Source: Chthoniobacteraceae bacterium (GTDB lineage Bacteria; Verrucomicrobiota; Verrucomicrobiia; Chthoniobacterales; Chthoniobacteraceae). From it: a stretch of DNA of 16,528 nucleotides. Positions 1 to 8,469 of this stretch are shown here, in pieces. The stretch spans positions 1 to 16,528 of the forward strand of contig JANNWY010000262.1 of assembly GCA_031409335.1 (NCBI GenBank), written 5' to 3'. The notes beneath the pieces are model-generated. The model saw only the letters and a program-made list of their open reading frames with translations, did no database searches and was not told the origin of the DNA. Numbering within the stretch: the stretch's first letter is position 1; the number at the start of each line of letters is the position of its first letter. The position numbers and the translations under genes were made by a program.

Positions 1-151
1 CATTGAAGACGCTGCGCAGGCTGTGCTCGCGTTGCGGGGCATCCTCCTTCATTAGCGTCAAATAGGGAGCACAGAAGGCCCATTCCTCGTCGGTGACATC
101 GCTGGGATAGGTCGTTTTACCACTGCCGCTTTTGAAGATCTTTTTTGCCAT
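1..151 (-). CDS. IS5-family transposase, N-terminal part (partial)
   Basis: Manual translation from ATG at 151: MAKKIFKSGSGKTTYPSDVTDEEWAFCAPYLTLMKEDAPQREHSLRSVFN. YPSD-x-(T/S)DEEW...PYL...R.VFN is the typical IS5-family (DUF4096-type) N-terminus. Not in the ORF track because it runs off the edge. Confidence 0.88.
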   Translation of the reverse strand, partial: MAKKIFKSGSGKTTYPSDVTDEEWAFCAPYLTLMKEDAPQREHSLRSVFN

Positions 152-222
152 CCCCAGCGTGATGCATGATGGCAATTGTAAAGTACAGCCTTATTTACAA
201 ACCCAAAGTGCAGAAGACGCTC
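1..222 (-). mobile_element. IS5-family insertion sequence, one end (truncated by window edge)
   Basis: Transposase N-terminus at 151..1. The candidate terminus reads GAGCGTCTTCTGCACTTT on the minus strand from position 222 and overlaps CTAG (222-225), fitting IS5-family ends and CTAG/TNA-type targets. The segment is visibly more AT-rich than its neighbours. The other end is not in the window, so the boundary is approximate. Confidence 0.8.
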
Positions 223-254
223 TAGAGAGAGGAAAAGTTGACAAACCATTGATT

Positions 255-1895
255 TCACGAAGCTGCCCGCAGCACTTCGCGTGGGTAGGATCCCTGGCCG
301 AGCGCCGGCCCTGCTCCGAGCACCGAGACCAACGCGCGCCGGAGTTCGCGGCGCGGGACGGGTTTGCGCAGGACGAGATCGATGTCGCCCTGCATCTCGC
401 TGGATTCCACGCGCGCTTCACCAAAACCCGTCGCCAACACGATCGGCTGGCCGGGCCGCATCTCGCGCACCATGGCGGCGAGCTGCACGCCGTTCATGCC
501 GGGCATCGAATGGTCGGTGATGAGCAGGTCGAAGCTCTCGGTTTTCACCCGCTCGATCGCCTCCAGTCCGTTGATCGCGGTGATCACGCGATGCCCGTCC
601 GTCACGAGATAGCGCGCGATCACATCGCGGGCGATCGGCTCGTCATCCACCACGAGCACATTCAACGTGCGCCCCAGCTCAAAGTCGTCGTCGGAAGCCA
701 GCTCCTGCGCCTTGTCCTGCGCGGGCAGCCGGATGCGGAATGTAGTGCCCTTTCCGACTTCGCTGTCGATCTCCACGGCACCTTCGTGGCGTTTCACGAT
801 GCCGAAGACCATCGACAGTCCGAGGCCTGTTCCCTTCTCGCCTTTCGTGTAAAAAAACGGCTCCAGGCAGCGCTCGCGCACCTCCTCCGTCATGCCCGCG
901 CCGTTGTCGATCACTTCGAAAATCACATCGCCCGCGTCAACGGAACTGCGCAGCGTGATCTTCCCGCCGTGCGGCATCGCATCGACCGCGTTGAAGACCA
1001 GATTCGTCGCGATTTCCCGCATGTCCGAGGCGTTGCCGGAAATGGCGGGGAGCTTTCCGAGATCGAGCGCAAGCACGATCTGGCGGCCTTCCGCGAGCGC
1101 CTGATCCTTCCACTTCGGCTGCGTGAGCGGCACACATTGCTCGATGATTTCGTTGAGATCGACGCGGGAAAAAAGGTCGATGGCTTCGCGCGGGCGGTAG
1201 AAATCGCGCAACTGGCTGATGACGTGCGATGCGTCCTGCCCGGCGGTGTTGATGATCTTCAAAAAACGGCGCGTCGTCGCGATGTCGGCGAGTTGCTCGT
1301 CATCGTGGAGCAGCAGTTCGCTGTACCCGATCACCGACATCAGCGCGTTGTTGAAATCATGCACGATGCCGCCCGCCATTTCGCCAAATGCGCGCAGCCG
1401 CTCCTGCGCGATGATCTGGTGCTGCGTCTCGCGCAACTCGCGCGTCCGCTCCGCGACCTTCAATTCCAGAGTCTCATTTTGATCCTGAAGCTGGCAGTGC
1501 ATGAAACGCATCTGAAGGAGATTCCGCACGCGCATGAAGAGCTCCGACGTGTTGAACGGCTTCGCCTGAATGTCCGCCGCGCCGGATGCGAGCGCGCGCC
1601 GCGTGGTCTCGCCGGAGGCTTCATTGCTGATGACGAGGATCGGGAGAAACGTCTCGCGCGGAATGATCCGGCTGAGCTGCTGCATCACCGCGAAGCCATC
1701 GAGATGCGGCATGTTCAAGTCGAGCATGATGAGGTCGGGCTTGAAGCGCTCGAGCAGCCCGAACGTCTCGCGCGAATCCGTCGTGCTTTCGATGTAGCGA
1801 AATCCCAGCCGGTTCAGGACGTTCGAAAGCAGGCAGATGTTCGCGACGTTGTCGTCAACGATGAGCAGCCGTGCCGTCTGCAACAAATCACTCAT
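255..1895 (-). CDS. Cytoplasmic hybrid histidine kinase (REC-HisKA-HATPase-REC)
   Basis: N-terminal receiver (LIVDD, LIMLDLNMP, AKPF), coiled-coil linker, H-box GGIVHDFNNAL, N-box NLVFNAVDAM, G1 DNGAGM, F/G2 EPFFYTKGEKGTGLGL, C-terminal receiver (VLVVDDE, LLITDHSMP, RKP). No transmembrane segment seen. Confidence 0.95.
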   Translation of the reverse strand: MSDLLQTARLLIVDDNVANICLLSNVLNRLGFRYIESTTDSRETFGLLERFKPDLIMLDLNMPHLDGFAVMQQLSRIIPRETFLPILVISNEASGETTRRALASGAADIQAKPFNTSELFMRVRNLLQMRFMHCQLQDQNETLELKVAERTRELRETQHQIIAQERLRAFGEMAGGIVHDFNNALMSVIGYSELLLHDDEQLADIATTRRFLKIINTAGQDASHVISQLRDFYRPREAIDLFSRVDLNEIIEQCVPLTQPKWKDQALAEGRQIVLALDLGKLPAISGNASDMREIATNLVFNAVDAMPHGGKITLRSSVDAGDVIFEVIDNGAGMTEEVRERCLEPFFYTKGEKGTGLGLSMVFGIVKRHEGAVEIDSEVGKGTTFRIRLPAQDKAQELASDDDFELGRTLNVLVVDDEPIARDVIARYLVTDGHRVITAINGLEAIERVKTESFDLLITDHSMPGMNGVQLAAMVREMRPGQPIVLATGFGEARVESSEMQGDIDLVLRKPVPRRELRRALVSVLGAGPALGQGSYPREVLRAAS

Positions 1896-1957
1896 GGGAA
1901 AATCGGACGACCGGTGTCATCGGCCCGGTCTGGCACGGAACGCGAATGACCGGCGGG

Positions 1958-2350
1958 CTAAGTGGAAACCGCCTTCTCCGCCATGACTTGATCGATGATA
2001 GTGATCAGGACTTTCGGATTCAGCGGCTTCGCCAGAAAGCGCATGCCGCCGCGCATGCTGATGCGGTCGCCGGCTTCCTGAGCTGAAATCAGCGACGTGA
2101 AAAACAGAATCGGTGTGCCGCGCAGACTCGGGTCCGCGTTCACGTCCCGCGCCACTTCCCCGCCATCCTGCCCGGGCATATCCACGTCGAGGAGGATGAG
2201 TTCCGGCCGGAATTCGCGCGCGGCGGCGAGCACGTTGCCGGGACGATTCTCGGTGCGGACCTCGAAGCGTTTGGTCTTTTCAAGAAAGAGGCGAACCAGG
2301 TCCGAAAGATTCGGATCATCGTCCACCGCGAGAATGCGGGTCTTATTCAT
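1958..2350 (-). CDS. Stand-alone response regulator receiver (CheY-like), 130 aa
   Basis: Start moved to MNKTRILAVDDD (ATG at 2350). Motifs ILAVDDD, LILLDVDMP, FFTS, AKP; no output domain. Confidence 0.9.
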   Translation of the reverse strand: MNKTRILAVDDDPNLSDLVRLFLEKTKRFEVRTENRPGNVLAAAREFRPELILLDVDMPGQDGGEVARDVNADPSLRGTPILFFTSLISAQEAGDRISMRGGMRFLAKPLNPKVLITIIDQVMAEKAVST

Positions 2351-2429
2351 GTCAGGGTTGTCTAGGTGTGCGGACCCATATTTAGCAGGATCGGTGCTCA
2401 CCCCTCCCCGTCTTTCACGAAATGGCCCG

Positions 2430-3359
2430 CTACGACTTTCGCGACGACCGGCCGGAACTGTTGGCAAGCAGTGCCGCCTTCGCCGCCGCGAGTTCCTTCC
2501 GCTGGGCTGGACTCACTTTCGGATAGTGCAATTTCAGCGACGCAAGCGCGTCGATCACTGCCGCCGCGACCACGACCCGCGTGAACCACTTGTTGTCCGC
2601 CGGCACCACGTACCACGGGCAATCCTCCGTCGCCGTCTCGCGAATCGTCTCCTCGTACGCCGTCATATAGTCATCCCAGAAGGTACGTTCCTTCACGTCG
2701 TTCACCGAAAATTTCCAGTGCTTCTCCGGCTCATCCAGCCGCTCGAGAAAGCGCTTCTTTTGCTCCGCTTTCGACACATGCAGGAAAAATTTCCGCACGA
2801 TCGTGCCATTGCGCGTGAGGTAACGCTCGAACGCCCGGATGTCCTGAAACCGCTCGTCCCAAATGTGTTTCGTCACGCATTGCTCCGGCAATTTCTGCCC
2901 GGCGAGAAACTCGGGATGCACCCGCACCACCAGCGTTTCCTCGTAGTAGCTGCGATTGAAAATGCCGATGCGCCCGCGCTCGGGCAGTTGCTTCATGCAC
3001 CGCCAGAGAAAGTCGTGATCGAGATCCTCCGAAGTCGGCGCCTTGAAAGACGAAACATGGCACCCCTGCGGATTGATGCCCGACATCACGTGCTTGATCG
3101 TCCCATCCTTCCCCGCCGCATCCATCGCCTGAAAGATGAGCAGCACCGACCAGCGATCCTGCGCAAACAGCGTATCCTGCAACTCCGCCAGCGCCTGCAC
3201 GCCCGCATCCAGCGCCTCCTCCGCGTGCGGTTTGTCGTCGTCGGTAAAATCCTGCGTGTCATCGGGGTCGAAGTCCTTGAGACGGAATTTGTTTCCGTTT
3301 GTGACTCGGTAAGGCTTGGCGATTCGATGAGCGGCTTCGATGGTCCGAGCGGGTTTCAT
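2430..3359 (-). CDS. ppk2: Polyphosphate kinase 2 family, single domain (probably class III nucleotide phosphotransferase)
   Basis: Walker [23 protein letters not shown]...HDFLWR, Walker [35 protein letters not shown]. Start taken at MKPARTI (ATG 3359). Confidence 0.93.
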   Translation of the reverse strand: MKPARTIEAAHRIAKPYRVTNGNKFRLKDFDPDDTQDFTDDDKPHAEEALDAGVQALAELQDTLFAQDRWSVLLIFQAMDAAGKDGTIKHVMSGINPQGCHVSSFKAPTSEDLDHDFLWRCMKQLPERGRIGIFNRSYYEETLVVRVHPEFLAGQKLPEQCVTKHIWDERFQDIRAFERYLTRNGTIVRKFFLHVSKAEQKKRFLERLDEPEKHWKFSVNDVKERTFWDDYMTAYEETIRETATEDCPWYVVPADNKWFTRVVVAAAVIDALASLKLHYPKVSPAQRKELAAAKAALLANSSGRSSRKS

Positions 3360-3430
3360 GGCGCAGGTCTTCGGATTTCGGTGAAGAAAAAGCAATCGCT
3401 GAGACGCGGGCGAAGGCTGCCCGGCAGCAG

Positions 3431-3460
3431 AAAGGGCGACGGCATCGCCGTCGCCCTTTT
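3431..3460. terminator. Rho-independent terminator (likely for the PEP-CTERM gene; possibly bidirectional)
   Basis: Perfect 13-bp inverted repeat AAAGGGCGACGGC-atc-GCCGTCGCCCTTT with short T-runs on both strands, about 25 bp downstream of the stop at 3485. Confidence 0.8.
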
Positions 3461-3484
3461 GGCAAATCCGATCCGCGAGATGGC

Positions 3485-4201
3485 TCAGGTCATCCGGCGG
3501 CGGCGGGCAAAAAGCAACGCACTGCCCGACAGCAGGCCGATGATGGCAGTGGGCTCCGGAATCGGTGCTGGAACGGCCTCATCTGAAACAATGAAGTTAT
3601 CCACGCGACTCGTGCCGGCAGCGGCGACGGTGCCACCGCCAGCCGATGTCGTGGATGTGTTCACGAGTCTGAAAACGACGTCTGTATTGTTACTGAGCGC
3701 CGCAACGCCGGTGAGATCGAAACTGTAAAATGCCGCCGGAACGGGCGTGAGTGAGCCCCAGGAATTCGGCACCGCGTTTGCAAGGACGGCATAAGCAGCC
3801 TGGGTCGTGAATGGGCCAGCAACGCCGGTTGAGCTGTATTGCAGCGCGAAATCCCGCGGTCCCGTGCCACTCGAAATCTGCGAGAAGCTGACGAAGATTG
3901 GCGTGAAGCCGACGGTGCTGACCAGAAACTGGAAATAATCGCCGCCCGCCCACTCATTCACGCTGAAAGCATCTGTCGAACCGTTTCCGACAGGCGTGCT
4001 CCAATCAGCAAGCGCACTCAAGTGGGTGCCCCCGGCGTTGCCCGTTCCGACATTGGGCGAAATGGGATTCGGATAAGTTGCCATGTTGGCGGCATCGGCC
4101 GGAATGGGCGATTCAAAGGTCCAACTGGCGATGGTCACCGCAAACGATGACGAACCGAGCAAGGCGATGGCGCCGCCGGCGAGTGAGAGTTTTTTTAACA
4201 T
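3485..4201 (-). CDS. PEP-CTERM sorting-domain surface protein, 238 aa
   Basis: Signal peptide [21 protein letters not shown] (ATG 4201), Ser/Thr/Gly-rich beta-type body, C-terminus [25 protein letters not shown] (PEP, transmembrane helix, Arg cluster). Confidence 0.92.
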   Translation of the reverse strand: MLKKLSLAGGAIALLGSSSFAVTIASWTFESPIPADAANMATYPNPISPNVGTGNAGGTHLSALADWSTPVGNGSTDAFSVNEWAGGDYFQFLVSTVGFTPIFVSFSQISSGTGPRDFALQYSSTGVAGPFTTQAAYAVLANAVPNSWGSLTPVPAAFYSFDLTGVAALSNNTDVVFRLVNTSTTSAGGGTVAAAGTSRVDNFIVSDEAVPAPIPEPTAIIGLLSGSALLFARRRRMT

Positions 4202-4474
4202 ATTTTTGTCCCTGAAGTAGATGTTGATTGAAGGTGTGGCTTCCCTCACCGGAGGAGTCCGGCGGCTCGAACGAGAAGACCGTTCTCGGCAGCATCACTC
4301 AAGTTGTTTTTTGTGATGATTGCGCGACATCGGACCTCAGTGTTTGTCCGACAAGGCGGGCAACAAGTGAACCATGCGCGAGCGCCGCGCCGCCGCCTTG
4401 TAACTGCGCAGGTTGCCGTCGAACTCTGCTGCGCCGGTGCGTTTCGGAGCGCCGGTATCCGCGTTGTCGAAAAC

Positions 4475-5380
4475 TCACCCCAGCCGTTCAGACACCGATT
4501 CACAGAGCCGGATGAAAGTCTCCTGCGCCAGATCGAGCCTGCGGCCTTTCCAATGCAGCACGCCCCAGCGCCGCCTGAGCTTTCGCCGACCCAGCGGAAG
4601 CGTCACGAGCGAGCCCGCTTCGATTTCCTTCTTCGCCGTCCACGGCGCGATGATGCTGATGCCTAGTCCTAACATCACCAGTTCCTTGATGGCTTCCATG
4701 TTCCCGAGATCGAGCAGGCTGTGCAGGACGATCTTTTCCTCGCGGAAATACTCCTCGATCATCTGGAAGGTGTAGCTCGCCTTGCCGTAAAGGATGTAGT
4801 GCTGGCGCGCGATGTCATCGCGCGGGACCCGGCGCGTGCGCGCCCACGGGTGGACCGGGCTGAGCGCGAAGAGCAGTTCGTCGGTAAAGAGCGGGCGGAA
4901 ATCGAGCGCGTCCTCGCGGCGCGGTTCGAGGTTCACGGCGAGGTCGATGCGGTGTGCGCGCAGCGATTCGATGGCTTCCGGGGTGTCGCCGGGCTCGATC
5001 GAAATCGCGCAACGCGGGAAGCTCTCCTTAAATTCGCGCAACACCGCGGGCAGCACATACTGGCAGGCCGTGGTGCTCGCGCCGATGCGTAGCCGGCTGC
5101 TGCCCCATTTGCCGAGATGGCTCAGTTCCGCGCGGGCGGCGGTCATCTCATTGAGGATCTTTTCAGCTCGCGCGAGCAGTTGTTCGCCCGCCTGCGTGAG
5201 CACCACCGTCTTGCCCATCCTATCCAAAAGACGGCAGCCGATTTCATCTTCGAGCGCCTTCATCGCGTGACTGATGGCGGATTGCGTGAGATGCAGCTCC
5301 TGCGCGGTGCGCGTAAAACTGCCCGTCCGCGCGAGCACGGTGAAGGCGCGAAGTTGTCTGCTATCGAGCGGTTGCGACAT
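4475..5380 (-). CDS. LysR-family transcriptional regulator
   Basis: wHTH LDSRQLRAF...GSFTRTAQELHLTQSAISHAMKALEDEIGCRLLDR, LTQAGE, LRIGAS, EAIKELV..GLGISI; 301 aa. Confidence 0.96.
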   Translation of the reverse strand: MSQPLDSRQLRAFTVLARTGSFTRTAQELHLTQSAISHAMKALEDEIGCRLLDRMGKTVVLTQAGEQLLARAEKILNEMTAARAELSHLGKWGSSRLRIGASTTACQYVLPAVLREFKESFPRCAISIEPGDTPEAIESLRAHRIDLAVNLEPRREDALDFRPLFTDELLFALSPVHPWARTRRVPRDDIARQHYILYGKASYTFQMIEEYFREEKIVLHSLLDLGNMEAIKELVMLGLGISIIAPWTAKKEIEAGSLVTLPLGRRKLRRRWGVLHWKGRRLDLAQETFIRLCESVSERLG

Positions 5381-5381
5381 G

Positions 5382-5398
5382 GATGAATCGTTTTCATC
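5382..5398. promoter_or_regulatory. Putative LysR-type (T-N11-A) autoregulatory operator
   Basis: Dyad GATGAA-N5-TTCATC containing T(5384)-N11-A(5396), immediately upstream of the LysR start codon. Confidence 0.6.
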
Positions 5399-5478
5399 AT
5401 CTTTGCGGCAAAGTCGAACTCCATTGTGGGATCACGATGTTTCCCCCGCTGGGTGCATTGCCCAAACAAGCAGCCGCG

Positions 5479-6420
5479 CTACTTTTTCTTCGCGTCGAGA
5501 TTCGCGTCGAGGTCGGCCTTTGCCACGGTCGATGCGACGCCGTCTTTCGGTACTTCGACTTTCGCCAACCAGAGCAATGCGTTCAGGATCGTTTTGCGGA
5601 AGTTGTCGTTGCCCCAGTTGTCGTGGAAATGCCCGCCGGTGAATCCGAATCCGCGTCCGCCATCGGGTCGTTCGATGGCCCACATCATCGCCTCATCGCG
5701 GCCTTTGCCGGCCTGAATGTGCGGATAGGGACCGGCTGGCCAGACGTATGGGCCATTGCGCACCGCGTCGCCCGGCGCGGCGACGAGGATGGGTGTGAAC
5801 TTTGTGCCAGCGACAGTCTTTGCGCTCTCGGCGCCGAAGCCTTCGACAAAGCGGATATTCATGTACCACTCGTCCTTGATCTGGAATGGCTGCACACCGC
5901 GCGTGATCGGATGCTCGGGGAACTTCGTGAAGTTCGGCTCCCACATGGGGTTGCACGAGTAGTCCTTTTCGTAGTGACCGCCGATCCAGCGCTTGAACTG
6001 CGCGCCCGCCTTGTCCGCCTCCACTTCCACGCCGTAGTGCATGGCACCGATGCCCACGCCCTTTTTCACCCATTCCTCGACTTTCGCCAGGCGCGAGCCG
6101 TCGCCCTGCACGACCTCGTGGCTCGGCCCGCCGTCCATGTAGAAAACGACCGCGTCCACGCCGTCGAAAATCTTCTCATCCTGCGGCCAGCCATTCAGCA
6201 CGATCTCAAATCCAAGCTCTGGCACACTCTGCGCCAGACACTTCGCGAGGAGCAGCGCGCCCGCGTTGAACTCGTGCATCCGCGGCGGATGCGAGGGTTT
6301 TCCCGCGATCAGGACGAGCTTCGTTTTTCCGTCCGCAGTCTTCGCTTCCGCGATCGTGGAAAGTGAAACGGTAAGGGCTGCCGCGAGAACGCTGACGCTG
6401 AGAGGAAGGGAGATTCGCAT
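5479..6420 (-). CDS. Secreted ThuA-like (class I glutamine amidotransferase-like fold) protein
   Basis: Signal peptide; KLVLIAGKPSH...HE, DAVVFY.DGG, GIGAMHY, HPITRGV.PF.I.DEWY, WAIERPDGGRGFGFTGGH.H.NW...FRK.ILNALLW. Confidence 0.85.
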   Translation of the reverse strand: MRISLPLSVSVLAAALTVSLSTIAEAKTADGKTKLVLIAGKPSHPPRMHEFNAGALLLAKCLAQSVPELGFEIVLNGWPQDEKIFDGVDAVVFYMDGGPSHEVVQGDGSRLAKVEEWVKKGVGIGAMHYGVEVEADKAGAQFKRWIGGHYEKDYSCNPMWEPNFTKFPEHPITRGVQPFQIKDEWYMNIRFVEGFGAESAKTVAGTKFTPILVAAPGDAVRNGPYVWPAGPYPHIQAGKGRDEAMMWAIERPDGGRGFGFTGGHFHDNWGNDNFRKTILNALLWLAKVEVPKDGVASTVAKADLDANLDAKKK

Positions 6421-6581
6421 AGGATTTGGAGCTTTTGAACTTGGTTAGTTTGGCAGCGCGGGAAAGTCCACTCGCGAAACGGCAGCCGCTTGCGGAAGGC
6501 TGCGCCGGAGCAGGTTTCCGCAGCGCTGCGTCCGGCTGGCCGGAAAGCTGCTACCTACCGTTTTTCGAAAATCCAACTTCA

Positions 6582-7595
6582 ATGACACATCGCTTTCTCA
6601 ACACAGTCCGACTGAAACCCGTTCTCGTCACGCTCATCGCCGCAGGTTGCGAGCTGGCTCTGGCAAATGAATCGCGGGCGGCAGTCGATTTCGTCTTCAA
6701 CTTCACCGATGCCGCTGGCGTTGGCTTCAACGCCGCCGGGCAAGTCGGTGCCGATCGTCGCGCCGGTCTGGATATCGCCGCGGGAGTGCTCGAAAACTAC
6801 CTCTCGAGCTACACTGCCACGATCACCATCGACGTGAATGGCAGCGTGACGAATGACACGACGCTGGCCTCCGCGTCGTCGAATTTCAACGCCGCTTTTC
6901 CCGGCAATGGCTTCGGCACGCAAGGGGATGTGATGATCAAAATCCTCGGCGGAGTTGATCCAAATCCGGCGGCTGCTGATGGTGGCGTGAGTTGGAATTT
7001 CGAGGATTTCAACTGGGAATCCGGCAGCGATTTCCAAGCAGGCGAACTCGATCTGCAATCCACCGCGACGCACGAACTCGCCCACGCGCTCGGCTTTGCC
7101 TCGAGTATTTCGCAAACAGGCACAGGCATCTGGGGCGACCCGGCGGGCTCGCCCACGGGGTGGTTTCCGTTTGATCGATTCGTCGCGGATTCCACATCCG
7201 CGATCATCGACGGCGGCACGTTTTCGCTCAGTCTCACGCGCTGGAATAGCGCCTCCGTCGGCGGCACGGGCAGCAATGGCTTATTCTTCAACGGCTTGAA
7301 CGCGATGCTCGCGAACGGCGGGAATGTAGTGCCGCTCTATGCGCCGACGACTTGGAGCAACGGCAGCTCGGGCTCGCATCTCGATACCGATTTTTTCACC
7401 GGCGCGAACGCTCAAATGATGAACCACTCCGGCGTCGCGCAAGGCCTCGATATTCGTGCGCTCAGCCCGATCGAAATCGGCGTGTTGAAAGACATCGGCT
7501 ATTCGTTGGTCGCCGTGCCAGAGCCGGGTGCAGCGACGCTCTGGTTGCTCGGTTCCGCGTTCGCGTTCGCGTTCCGTCGCCGTCGGTCGGCGTAG
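6582..7595 (+). CDS. PEP-CTERM surface protein with HEXXH zinc-metalloprotease motif, 337 aa
   Basis: Start MTHRFLN (ATG 6582) with signal-like N-terminus; THELAHALGF, downstream SGSHLD...QMMNH and LSPIEIGVLKDIGY; C-terminal VPEPGAATLWLLGSAFAFAFRRRRSA. Confidence 0.88.
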   Translation: MTHRFLNTVRLKPVLVTLIAAGCELALANESRAAVDFVFNFTDAAGVGFNAAGQVGADRRAGLDIAAGVLENYLSSYTATITIDVNGSVTNDTTLASASSNFNAAFPGNGFGTQGDVMIKILGGVDPNPAAADGGVSWNFEDFNWESGSDFQAGELDLQSTATHELAHALGFASSISQTGTGIWGDPAGSPTGWFPFDRFVADSTSAIIDGGTFSLSLTRWNSASVGGTGSNGLFFNGLNAMLANGGNVVPLYAPTTWSNGSSGSHLDTDFFTGANAQMMNHSGVAQGLDIRALSPIEIGVLKDIGYSLVAVPEPGAATLWLLGSAFAFAFRRRRSA

Positions 7596-7651
7596 TTCGC
7601 GGCAGGCTTTGACCAGCGGTCCGGCGTGTGTGAAATACACGCATCGAATCC

Positions 7652-8461
7652 GTGGTGAAACGCCTCCTTCCATCTCTCGTCTGCGCGATTGCCGCGGTGG
7701 CAAACGCAGCGGCTCCGATCGATCTGAAGGACGCGCTAGATCGTCCGGACCTGCATTGCGAACTGTCGATGTCCGCGGTGGATCGGATGACGTTCGTTGT
7801 CACGAATTCCGGCGCGGAAGCGGTGAGCATCGCGATTCCCGCTGGCGCGATTGGCGCCGGTGCGGAAGGCACGGCAAAAGTAATCGTGCTGCAAACTGCG
7901 ACACTCGACATCGCGCCTTTGGCCACGGGCGAAGCGCTGCTTCCGGTGGCATTGCTTTCGTCCAAACTTTCGCCTCCGGGGAAAGCGGTGCGCTTTTCCG
8001 AAGAGTCCGAACCGCGGCTGGAGCGATTGCTCAAGCGGCTCGCGAGCGAGAAGGATGTGCCGCGCGCGACTGCGCAGTTCGCGATTTTCGGCATTCTCGA
8101 GGACATGAATTTCGGGGCGTGGCAGAAGTTTCTCGCCGCCCATCGCGGGCCGGAGCCGGACCCGCAGCCGCATCCGAATCCCGTCGAAATCGTGCAGGCC
8201 ATTGACGCGCTCGGCCTGATTCGCGAGGTCGCGCCGGAAAGGAAGTTCGCGCTCATGGAAGACGGCGAATTGAAGTTGCGCGCGCTCCGCAATCCGTGGT
8301 GCCGGGCAAAGGCGATGCAGCTTTACGGCATCAAGGTGACCGACGACGGTAGCGAATTTGGCCTGCCAAATATCAGCCAGCTTTTGCACACCAAACCCGG
8401 CGACAATTGTCCGGTCTGCCGCAATCGCGAGGAGATGAAAAAAGGCGCGAGCGATTTCTGA
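7652..8461 (+). CDS. Secreted hypothetical protein with C-terminal CxxC
   Basis: GTG start (7652 or 7655), signal peptide KRLLPSLVCAIAAVANA, host-like codon usage, fills the gap between two clear genes, ends HTKPGDNCPVCR. Confidence 0.75.
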   Translation: MVKRLLPSLVCAIAAVANAAAPIDLKDALDRPDLHCELSMSAVDRMTFVVTNSGAEAVSIAIPAGAIGAGAEGTAKVIVLQTATLDIAPLATGEALLPVALLSSKLSPPGKAVRFSEESEPRLERLLKRLASEKDVPRATAQFAIFGILEDMNFGAWQKFLAAHRGPEPDPQPHPNPVEIVQAIDALGLIREVAPERKFALMEDGELKLRALRNPWCRAKAMQLYGIKVTDDGSEFGLPNISQLLHTKPGDNCPVCRNREEMKKGASDF

Positions 8462-8469
8462 GCGCAGGC

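Noticed and set aside
132..1949. 605-aa plus-strand ORF
   Set aside because: Antisense shadow of the hybrid kinase, common in high-GC DNA; no motifs.
2097..3728. 543-aa plus-strand ORF
   Set aside because: Runs antisense across three clear minus-strand genes and a terminator; Arg-rich with no domain signature.
6479..6495. Sigma-54 promoter upstream of the PEP-CTERM protease
   Set aside because: GG and GC in CGGCAGCCGCTTGC are 9 bp apart rather than the required 10.
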